Assembly: GCA_051362555.1 (NCBI GenBank)
Contig: CM120641.1
Span: forward strand, 9,610,001-9,674,000
Reading direction: 5' to 3'
Origin: Lingula anatina
Taxonomy: Eukaryota; Animalia; Brachiopoda
Length of the DNA stretch: 64,000 nt
Shown: positions 36,775 to 49,050 of the stretch, one piece after another
How the letters are laid out: each line of letters starts with the position of its first letter
Position numbering within the stretch: the first letter of the stretch is position 1
Translations under genes and position numbers: made by a program
The notes under the pieces: generated by a model
What the model was told of the DNA's origin: nothing
Database searches by the model: none
What the model saw: the letters and a program-made list of their open reading frames with translations, nothing else

Positions 36775-39700
36775 TTACACGTACCATTCTTTCACATCTC
36801 CTTTCTTTGTTTTAGCAGGCGAAGATCCATTAACATGGTGCGTCTTGTCCCCGTTTGCTTGCAAGGGCTGTTTGACGTCTGCATAATTTTTGCTCTCATC
36901 TATTTTGTATGACCCATTGGATCTCTTTTTAACTTTGTAAATAATGAAGATAAGGATCAGCAGTGCAACCAGCACACCGACTATAATGCCAATGATCACG
37001 GCAATGTTCATCCCCCCGAGGTGGATACCCCCACCCCCTAATGTCTGTCCTGTATTTTCCCCTTCTGGGGGAGTCTTAGTGCTAACAGGCACTGTGCGTG
37101 ATGTCTCATATATTACAGTTTTTGTCAAACCATCTAGGCTTGTGTCTACAACAGGGTTTGCTGTTGTGGATTTTGTGCTTTGGATGCCTGCTGAGCTTGT
37201 CTCTGGCTGGTGTGTCTTTTCGGTGGGAGATGTGGTTTCTGGAGTGACTTCTGGAACAGGTAGGAATATGTCTGGTGTTGTGCCCTCTCCACTGCCACTA
37301 CCACAGTCCTCTTCATCCTCCTTGCAGTCTGATGTGGTGACAGGGAGTGGAGTTGTTGTGCTCTGTGGTTTTCTGTAAAGAAAGGACAGGATGACACATC
37401 AGAATTTAGAAAGATGAAATTGTATTAATCTTTGGGCGTATTCCCATAGATTTTAGATTGATCTATCCCCGTGGGTAGTCTCACTAGATTACTGTCAGAT
37501 AATCCGGCTTAAAGCTCAGCTGACAGCTATTTAGCGTGAACCCCCAGGGAGTTAGGTCGATCTAGTTGGAGCGATCTAATCTCTGGGAATGGTGTCTTTG
37601 ACTACATTTATCAAGAAATGCCATTCCTTCAGGTGAGACAGTTCCAGGTGCATTTGTCATAAATTTGGTTTTAAATAAGTAATCATAAGATCTTTTTTTT
37701 AAATATTGCCAAGGTATTTAAAGAAGTGTCACCACAGTGTTCTTACATTATACCAGTAATGTAAAAGCTTCTCATTCAAACAAGAACCAGGGACACAAGA
37801 GTCTGCAGCATCTCAACCTTCTTGCATGCACAGTAGCACATTTCACTCATTTCACTCATTCAACCCTGGCAGAGCTGCATACATAAACTCACCTGCTGGT
37901 CACAACTTCCAATATTGGTGGGGTGGAAACTTCCACTGTGGGAATAACTATATCATCAGTTGATCCTGACCCATTGGTACAGTCTTCATCATCACTGGAG
38001 CAACCTGACCCAGTAAACACTATGTCATCTGTGGTATGGCTGCCATAGGGCGTGGTCTGAAAAAGGAGATGAAAACATTAAGTACTGTGGTGGTAACTCT
38101 CAAAGCACAGTAATTAAAACAGCCAGGAACCAATTTCAAAAGAACTTTGTTACTCAGGGGATTCATTGTTTATTAAATTTTCTTATCTAATGAATTTGGG
38201 GGTTTATTTATAAGTCAGTCCTCTGTATTGTCAATCCCAATGATGCTGGCTTTGTAAAACTGGCCTCTGAAGCAAAAAACTGACTTGGAATATGTTGTTG
38301 TGTACGTATGTACAGCATAAGAAACAGACTGAAAAAAAAACCTGTTCTTCATATATAAAAATCAAGACACTTGCTAAATAACTGCAATATATTTGTAACC
38401 AGTGGTATTCTACTTATAAAATACTATATTCTATAATCACACAAAAATATTATAGTACATATTTCTTAGAAGTCATGCAGGCATGCCCCTCGTCCAAAAA
38501 TGCAAATTTCCCTACTACATAACTAATTTCCATTACTTGCAATTGATTAAAAATGATCCTGCACATGCATTTAGAAGTTCCCTCTTAAAAACCAGTGTTG
38601 AATACACATGCAACACATGGACTTTTATAATATCATACAAAATAAAAATGCTCCAACTAAACAAAATATAAATATAATAACCCTATACTAACTTTCCTTT
38701 TTTTTTCTTTAAAATTGAACTCTACCCACCTGCTCAATACTAGTAATTGTGGTCATTCTTTTAGTTGTGATGACCTGCTTTGTGGTCAATGGCTTTTTAA
38801 CAGTGGTAGTGTCTGGCACTGCTGTTGTTGTTTCTATTGATCCTGTATTTGTCGCCTATTGTGAAAGTTTCAGTAGTTTGAATTACTGTTTCTGTAGGTG
38901 TTAAGTGGCTATATACCTACCAGTTAGTGCCCGAACTCTACTCCACCACCCATGCTGTTAGGGATGAGTGCATTCATTTTTCAAAATTCTTTACAAGACT
39001 GAAAGACGTCACAGTACACCACTTTGTAATCTGTGGTGTACTGATTCTTACTTTTATGGGACCAGAAAAGTCTTCAAATTAAAAAAAATTAAATATTGTG
39101 CAAATTCTGGTAATAATATTTCAAGTCTTGTAGAGTTTGGAAAAAAATGTGCACCTGGATTTCTTTTAGTAATCTACTGTATCTATAAAATTAGTTATCA
39201 GAATAGACTAACTTACCCAAATTGCTGCCATCAAGACAACAATGTGCTGGTGTTTATGTGGCAAAATTAGGCGTGACTGATGACATACCTATTGGTTATG
39301 AAGTGATACCTGTGGCATGCGTTTTTCGCTCTATATCTATTTTGTGCAGTTCAGTAACCATGCAAGTGTCTAATATGCAATAAATCATAGAGCACCTAGG
39401 TTATGATCAATAAGTTGTTTATAATGGTGTGTGAAATATTAGAAAGCTCCACTCATTACAAACTGAATACCACAAAGACCTAGTAATTAAGCTAAGGGTG
39501 AGTAGATAAAAATAAAAGATAACTAAGTTGTCATGCATATCCTTTGCAACATCAAATTAGATATGTATCAAAATATATGCCAAAACAACTTTTGATCAAG
39601 AAGAAAAGTCTTGACATGCTCTATTAATATTTCACAAAAAATTGTGTGAAAACCAAAGCATTAGAAGCTCAAGTAACTGATGTAGTGAAGAAGGCCACTG

Positions 39701-42700
39701 AAATGTATACATTTTATAAAAATAAACTGCTTTAAATTCCGTAACACTAAGAAATCCCTTGTAAATGCATGATTGTGTTCAATATTCACAAAGACAGCTG
39801 TTTTCCATTTTAAGATAGAACATATGTTTACATACAACACATTTAACATAAGTAACTGGTACCTTCATTGGGGATGTAGACTGCACATTTTTGCTTTTGG
39901 AATAAGGAGGAGTGCTGATGGCTGGTTGGCTTGTGGCTTGGGTTCTTCATATAAATAAACATAAAAAGTCAATTCCAGTTTCTAAAACATTGCTATCTTC
40001 TAGTATCATAGACAGAACTTCAGAACACACTTTTGTCTTACTGGCTGATGAATACATTAATGATCAATTAAGTTCTTAATTGTCATTCTACTTCAAAGTT
40101 TCCAAATTTGAAAAAAGGGAAAGAAAAAAGTTTTAAAGTCAAAATGTTTACAACTTATTTGAATTATGTACAAAAATGTTGGTAATCTAAGTGCAAATTA
40201 GATCAGGTGCATGGCCATATAAACTTTTATCTAAACTAATAAATTAACAAATTTGTTATCATGAATATCTTGCATACATTTTTACAGGTAACAGAGATGT
40301 TATATTGGTCTTCTCCACATCTCCTAAAATGGTGATCTTGGCATCATTGCTTTCTGCAAGATCTAAAACTCGCTTCCCATTAAAAACAAGACCTAGAGAG
40401 AGAAAATTAAATCAAGGATTTAAAGTACATGTTACATATTTATACCTCACTAAGAAAGGTGCCAAAGAAGGGCTATTTATCAAATCTGTCCGATATACTA
40501 AAAAAGTCAATACATGCAGATGCACTTTATCTATGTCTTCTCTTCTAACTTAACTATGTGCTTTCTTAAGATCTGATAAATTTATGACTGATATTCATTC
40601 AGACCTTAAAATGATAAAAACCCATCAAATAAAAGGATCTGATGTCAATATTCCCTTTTGAAATGATGTCTGGCCTGACATCCAGAACTAATTATTCAAT
40701 CAGAAATGATATAAAACATCGAATGCAAGTGCAGGGACACGCCCTGCAAAAATTCATGTGTAGGAAAAAATTCTTTGTTATAGAGGAAAACTTTAGTTGG
40801 AGTGAAAATCCCATACAGGATACCTTTAATCTGCTCTAGAAACCCCCTAGGGAAACCCTTTGAATTCCACCCAATTGTCAAAAATTTGCAAAATGAACAA
40901 AAATTTGACAACAATGTCCAATCAAACTTTTGGTTTCTGATTTTACTGAGCCTATGTTCCCTCGGGGCATCCCAAATTCATTCAAGAATGTCTATAACCT
41001 ACCTGCCATTGTGCCCTTAAATGGGGCTTCAATGGAGCCATCTCTTCCCATTTTTCCACCCACATAAATCTGGGCTTGATTGTTGAATACACCTAGCTGA
41101 GCACCTGTAATTAACATAAGAACCTTGTGATTACCAGACAGTTGAAAGTCCTCATAGTTGTGATACCTAAAGATATAAATTGAGCTATCATGTTAAATGT
41201 AGAAACATTATAAATTTGAGGGGTAAAGCGGTGGTGTTGCAGCAGGACAAAATACTATGTCTAATTTAAAGATTAAAGTTTGCTTGCAAAGTACAAAAAG
41301 TAGGTTGGGAATTACTAAAGTCACTATACGAGACAAATTGCTGGGTTTGACTTGAAGGTTACGGTTGCTAGGTAATCTATTGGAGAAGCAGAGTACATGA
41401 TATAACTATATGAGGATTGTATATGATAATATGATACTTTTAAAGTGTATAAAAGTAAAGAATAAGATTGACATCTAATCGGTGCTTCAGTCTCTGTCAA
41501 CTCACTGTTCTTCATGAAATTAATATTTGCTATTATCATTCAATGAACAAAAATTTGACAACACTAACTTGAAGAGAGTTTTGTCAGTTATTTATATTTA
41601 CAGGGCCCGACACTAATTAAGGCAAACCTGAGAGCCCAAGACAATGAAAACCTTGTGCCAATTTCATGAAAGTTTCAGGATAGGTCAGAAATGGACGAAA
41701 GAAGAATGATAAAATTTTGGTGGTGATCCATTAATTAATTAATTCATTTATTATTACTTAATTATTTGTCTTGGCAGAGGTTGCAATCTTAAAGTGCTTA
41801 TAAATATATATAATTTTAAAGAGACATTTGTTGTAATTCTGCACCCCATTTTGAGCATCACCGCATGCCTCAAAATGGGGGACAACATTGTTTTCAATGC
41901 AGGAATGACACAATGGTACACCCCAGATACAAGGGAAAATTACGTGTGGACAGGTGAAACTTGGCAGCTATAAGCCTGACCTGACAGGTGACCTAAAAAA
42001 TAAGCGTCGAACCCCGGTTTATGCTTGCACATTATAAGGACAAAGCACTCAGATAGGAAATCTTTGTTCATTGAGTGTTCCCCCATACTTGCTTATGCTA
42101 TAAATAATGATAACTAATGGCAAAAAAACTACAACCAGACTGAAGCACAGTTTGTCCTAATTGAAGGACAAGTAAAGATAACTTTTATACATTACACATG
42201 GTATATGCACTGGTATTCTCAGTAAACTACATCATGACGTAAATTTGAAAAAATTGGAAAACAGTACCCAATGGATAACTGCTATTTCCTTAGAACCATC
42301 AGATCAAATGAGACAGCCAACAGATAACACATTTAAGAAAACTATGCCTATTGGTGCAAAGACCAGAAAATATCCAGTTTCTTTTATGTATTGGCTAAAA
42401 ATCAGCAAATTTTCCTTAAGACAGGAGAGCATAATTTGCTTTCAGATTCTAGATTTTGTGACAATTTCTTTTTCTGAAGTCTACTCGCTGACATCAGTTA
42501 AATAAGAATGCAGTGCACATTAAAATAGTTGATACACAGATGCCATTGGAAGTAGGTGCTTGTTCATGCTGAAAAGGAAAGTTTTACTCTTGCATGCAAT
42601 ACAGTAGTGACACCTATATAGGCTCGCTGTTGGTGCTGGAAATGAACAGAACAGTGTGAGCTTGGTGATTTGCGTGGGAGTAAGAGAGAGAAAAGATGAC

Positions 42701-45700
42701 ATGACAGAAAGCCTTTTGTAAAGACATATACTGCTCTTTGAATGGGTCAATTATACAACATCCTAAGAATTCATTATTTTTCTTTTGAAAAAAAAAATGC
42801 CTCTTCTGAGGCCATTGATGTTTTGTGTGGCATGAGCTTGAAGAAACAAGTTTCAGTAATTTCCATGACAATAATTATACTGTAGCTCAGCTCCATAACT
42901 GTTGCCCTTGAAGAAAAACATTATGAAATCTGCCCAAAACATTGCTTTTAAAAAACATAAAAGAGTCCAAAATGACAACGAACAGAAAAAAACATCTGAA
43001 AATACCAATGGAAAGATAGAGAGCTGTAAGAGTTTAATTGGCAAGAGAAAACAATGTTTCCAATTACAATGTGTTACCTTCTTGCCTCAGGAATAGAACT
43101 TCTGGGATAAAACCAGTTGCCAAATCAACATTTTTCTCACTCTAATAAAAATCATTTAGCAGGCAAGTCACTAAGCCACTACTTATATTGATAAATCACT
43201 GCTTTTATGCTATGACATTCCTACATGGCTGGGTACATATTCTGTACTCTGCAGAATGAAAAGTTTAGATAATTCAATTAAGATTCAACATCTTAATCAT
43301 ATCCATTTCCCAAGCATCCTTTCAAAAATTTTATTGAAAGGGAGGATTTTGGATAGTAATTATGTTAGGCAAAGCAATCTGATGAACATAAATTTTACGT
43401 TATAGCACAATAAATAGTATGATTCCAACTCAACTTTTCAACATAGAATTTCACTGAAAATCTGCAACTCGAGAAAAGGTGGTTTAAGCTTACCATCTTA
43501 AAAATTTTAATTTTAAAAACATAACCCATATGCCAAAACATTTTGAAATGAATTTACAGAATGGATATAAATTTCGTAATATTTTCGTCCTTGTGATACA
43601 GCCAGTTCTGTGTTTTTCCCTCATCACCATTATAATCTAATTCATTACCATCATTTTCTCTATTACTAGCTAATATCTAGATTGAATTTGTGATAATTTT
43701 CACAATCTATTTTTCTCTCTACAAATTAGTCTCACCTGGTGGGTGCTTGGTTTGTATTGGTTCATCATCCACCTGAATCGTGGAATTGGCTCCTGCTCTG
43801 GTGAACCTCACAATATGATATTTTCCATCATTGACCTTGGTGAAAGTATCCCCTATAGGATGGGGAATGGTGCCCATGTTGTATAAGGCAAAGATAATGC
43901 CATTCACCTGGAAAAAAAGCAAATAAAATATAAATCTATTAAATGTCTGATTGATTTTATATTTTTTTTTAACATATAAACTTGCATATTATTCATAAAG
44001 TGAGGTATCAATCTACTCTAACATAACCTACCATTCTAGCTGTAACAAATTAAAATCTTTTTTTAAAAATCATAGTAATACCCAAGTGCCATTGCAACAT
44101 TAAAAATGTGAGAGCAATTATCCAGACAAAACTGAATCCACTGACAGACAGATCCAACCCAATCCCTTGATTAAACCCAAAACAGGAGGGAATGTAATTA
44201 TCAATTTTATTTTTATTTTGCTTCCTACAATTTCTTCTAACTTACCAATTCAAGTTCTACAAAGTCATTGGAGTTGCCACTGATGACTTGAAGTAGTGTT
44301 GTCCTTTCTTGATTGGTTGTGGTTGAAAATCCAACAGCCAAATGGTCAGTCTGGGTGTCTGGACGCTCGGACACTGGGTACGTAAACATGATCAACCCAG
44401 GTCTTGAGTCACCAAATCTATAGGCAATGCTCTCTGTAAATAAAAAGATCACTATAATTTCCATCTATTATAATTTAATTAAGTGATTATATTTAAAACC
44501 ACCCTTAACCTAAATCCTAATTTTACTGCACAGGACTTTGTACAGGACTTTCTTTGAAAAATTGACTGAAGTTCCATTTTATATCTTTCACCCATCTTAA
44601 ATCTTTGAACTCTAAATTATTTGATAAATTACTTTATTATTTTTGGGACCATCTTCAGAGTCTTTCACATACATTTGAAGTTTTTTTTATTATCATTAGC
44701 ATTCAGTAGTATTAATGGCCATTACATTTATTTTAAAAATAAAAGATGAAAAGACCAATAAAAATGTATATAAATTATATAACCTACCAATGTGTATATA
44801 CATATATTACTTACCCTCATTACATCTTGCTCCAGAGAAGGATGTCATATCACAGTTGCATACATAGGTATCCCAGTTCTGTACACAGCGCCCTCTGTTG
44901 TCACAAGAATTAGGACTGCAAGTGGCATCAGGACCTGTATAATTTGGAAAGCCTTCAGTGAACAAGAGCAGGAAATCTAGTGTGTAAGAACAATTACAAT
45001 CCATGCTCTACTAGTGATCTGAAGTTACCTGAGATTCATGAAATAATCAGACCACAGTCTCTATCTTCATTTTGTCACAGGTAAATGGAGATCAGTAAAA
45101 TATGTACTATACTACCTACATGTATGTCACAACAACTTTTAGATTACGTTATGTGACATACCATAATCAATCTTTCAAGCAAACTACTACTTTACTTTTA
45201 CTGAAACTAATACTTCACAAATTAATAGTTACTGACATGAGAAATGCATCATTACATATTCACAATAAATATTAAATAAATTATAAAAAATACAATAACC
45301 AATTAACACAAAATAAAAAGATACGGAACAGAAAAGAGGAATATCTATCAAAAAAGACGAAAAACACCAAAAAACTCAAGGCACAATCTCACCATAGTAT
45401 TCCACAATGGAGGTCTACCACATACAAATACTGTATATACAAATCAAAATGAAAATGTGCCAGAATATTCTTCAGATTCATGCATGTTTTGTTCCAATTG
45501 TCTCATGCTTTGTAGAGAACAAAATGCCACAATTCAATTGGAATTATCCCACACAAAAAAAAAAAACACATTTCAGTCAGATCAGTGACATGCACATTTT
45601 GTGTAATATTTGCATAAAATGCTCCATCATTTTCTTTTAAATTAAAAGAGTTATTAAAATATTAAATGAAATGTGTGCACTAATCACCATTGTGACTTAA

Positions 45701-48700
45701 ATGTTCTCTAATATTTTTGAAATGACCCATTGATATTTCTACCAAAAAAATGCATTCAGAAATGGAGTGCACCCGATTCTCCAGTCAAATTACACCTGTG
45801 CAACAAATATTTTTACAAGACGTAACTTTGCATTTCAAACATATACAGTAAAACAAATCAACAATATTCTAGTTCACATGGATAACAATTCCAGACTATC
45901 AGTATTTAACTGTATCTTCCTACTAACTGTAAGGAACTTTCCAACTTGAAAAGGCTACACCATTTCTACCCAGGTAGGGGCCCTCTCCCCCCCTCCCCAA
46001 TCCCCCTTGCTTAGCCCACCTTAACACCTCCACCTGGGGCCAAGTTTTGTCAAGGATTATGCCCCCCTTAGTTTTGTCCTGTCCCCCACCCTGGTGACCT
46101 GTTAGTTAAGGCGTAACTGTTCTAAATCAATAATAAAAGCAACTCAGGTTATCTATAACAGAATTACTCTATCATCTCTCTACGAATTGTGCTACATTAA
46201 TCTGTCCTCTGTGCTACAAGCATGAAACAAAGTGTAACCTAGGAAACTAGAGGTTAATTTATCATCCAAGAATGAGAGTGCACTAAATGTGATAAACAAA
46301 GAACACCGCATCAACACACAAGTAGGACAAACTACAGAGTCTACTAGGTTAGAAAAAAAAACATACAAAAAGGACGCAGGCAACCTCAAATATAGAAATC
46401 TTAGGTTGGCATGCATATAGACAGTTATTGATTTCTAAGAAAAAGAAAACAAGAAAAAATGGGGGAAAAAAAGGAGAAACATTTTTTGAGTGTTGCTAAG
46501 CATTCTTTGTTTTATTCACAATTAGATTGAATGCTTATGTAAATAGTCCAAAAAATTTTGGTCTAGCAAAATCTTATTATAGATGGTAACTTCATATTCT
46601 TCATAATTAATTTCAGCTTTTACCTCTTTGAAATACAAAAAATGCTTTGCCAAAGTTATGAATGAGCATACCCAGCTTGATCTAAGAGTGATACATTTGC
46701 TGTTAAAAACTGAGGAATCAAAAAAAAAAAAAAAAAAAAAGCACGGTTACCAGCAGGCAGGAGCTCTTTTAGCTGGATCACCATTGCACACACTGTGCAT
46801 TTTCTTTGTTATCCACAAAGCATACAATTTAAGGCCAGTGAGAGCAGTGCACGCCAATGCAATGGTGGTATATGGTATTCTATCTTTTAGTCATGCAAAG
46901 TGTACAAAAGCATTTTCAAATGTGGACATTTCTTAAGGAAATTTAAGTTTCCAGATAAAGCGGAATTCACAAACATCAAAAGCCACATGCAAGTTTGATA
47001 CAGATATAGTGATAAAACCTGTTTCTCATATAAAATAATTAAGCAATTTCTATAAATTGGAACAGGGCATGCTTCCAGCCAGCATGCCTGTGTGCGCATG
47101 TGCAAACGTAGCCCCCACCTGCCATGCAGTTAATCAGTTAGTTACTCACCCTGACACCCCTTTACTACTAAGCCTTGTGAAATAAGTTGTGCCTCTGTCA
47201 ACAGATCTGGGGTGATACCATTGAGATCTAGAGAGGCCATGCAGCCCTGATAGCCCTGTCTGGACCGAATCAGGATGGGCAAGCTAGAGTACATAGAGAC
47301 GTCAGGCATGCCACCCACATATAGATACTGGTTGAGGTTGAAGTTAATACCCACATCACCAGTGGGATAAAAAGCGGTGATCATTCTATCATCCACCTTG
47401 AGTATGTACTCTTCTAACACAGGCCGCATGACAGCTACCTCATGCCACAAGTTATTATTCAATGAGCCTACTATTGAGCGCAGCAATTTGGCCCCATCTC
47501 CCGAGTTAAAAACAAAATGAATATACCCATCTACCAATTCTACCCCTATGAAGTCTCGCCCTACTTGGCCAGTGAACAAGATCAGCCCATTAGGCTGTGT
47601 GGTTCGAAATTGGAGAGATACAGAAAAGGTTGCATAAGCTTGGAGCTGATCAAGCATGACAGCTGACTCAGGGGTTTCAAATGTGATTGTGTGACGTAAT
47701 TTCTTGCCTGTGTCTGCAAAATCTGCAGTGACTTCGATGAAGCTGCTCATGGCCTCTGTTTGTGCCAGCTCAAAGTAGGGCTTCTTGTTGAAAATAAACT
47801 GCTGCATTTGTCCCGCAAAGTTGCTGTGGCGGCTCTCCTCATCACTCTGCATTCCACCCGCTGCTATGGCATCAATGTCAAGAATTTTGGAACCATCTTC
47901 TGTACCTAAAAAATGTATAAATATCTATCAAAATGCTTTAAAGGGTTACTACACACACAAGAATTGTACTAAAATTGAATATCATACAGAAAAAAAGTTT
48001 TTTTTTTATTGTTTTGTTTTCATCTCTTTTCATTTCAAACATGTAATATACATCATGCAGCAAAAATATTGAAGCCAATGCAGGCCCTATTAACAAAACA
48101 GCCTTTTACGATCTTCAACCTCAAGTTTGTGATTGCAAATGCCAATTTAATAACTCAAACCATGATTTCATGGTGCAAATGTAAAAAAAGTGGTTTCAAG
48201 CATTTGACCAGCTTTCATGAGGATCTCTCGCATTACTCCCACATTGTAAATAGTTCAGGTTTAAGACAAAGAGCCTGTATGTTAATACCGAGAGACCTGT
48301 ATGAAAGCTGGCCAAATGCTCGCAACCACTACATGTAGTTCGTGCCATGAAATCAGGCTTTCAGTTGTTAATTCAGTGATTGCAATCATAAATCCAAGGC
48401 TAGAGATCAGAAATTATTGTTTATGAGGCCTGTGATGAAACCATTTACTTTATCAGACAGTTCAAACAAACAAACTCCAAAACAATTTACAAGACCTTTC
48501 AATTATACTTCAAAAGCAATTTTTTTCATATTTAAAATGAATCTAAACACATCTGTAACAAATTTTATCAAACCTCTTCTCATCCCTTATTAGATTGTCA
48601 AAGTTTGTACAACTGTGTGTTCTAAAATTCTGTTTCTGATAAAACATCATCAATAAATTTTGTAGGTCCTGTAGGAGTAACAAATTACAATAGTGATTAT

Positions 48701-48957
48701 GAACCAGCCACATGCAGTGGCGATAAAACAAGACGAAAAACCCCTGCAACCTTTAAAACCAATTAACTGAAAGGGTCAAAACCTTGTAAGTTATAAATTC
48801 TCTACAGACATGCCAGTATTAAATCTAAAAGCAAGCTCTAGATCAATCAAATTAGCAAAATCAAATCACCTCACAAGTCTATAGGCACAATGCACAAGGT
48901 TCTGAGGAGTGACTTATAACTAAGGTGTATTCTGAGCTTCCAACTAGATCTAACAAA

Positions 48958-49050
<93 letters not shown>

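Noticed and set aside
44434-44814. Beta-neurexin-type promoter and signal-peptide exon between EGF3 and LNS6
   Set aside because: The intron is only ~380 nt and AT-rich, with no ATG-hydrophobic segment ending at a donor.
46745-46790. Possible exon ending CTG|GTAACC in the LNS5-EGF3 intron
   Set aside because: No polypyrimidine tract before the AG, the peptide is not signal-like, and there is an upstream in-frame stop.
48870-48878. 9-nt candidate poison microexon (tatag|ACTTGTGAG|gtgatt)
   Set aside because: Weak donor and an in-frame stop. No independent support.
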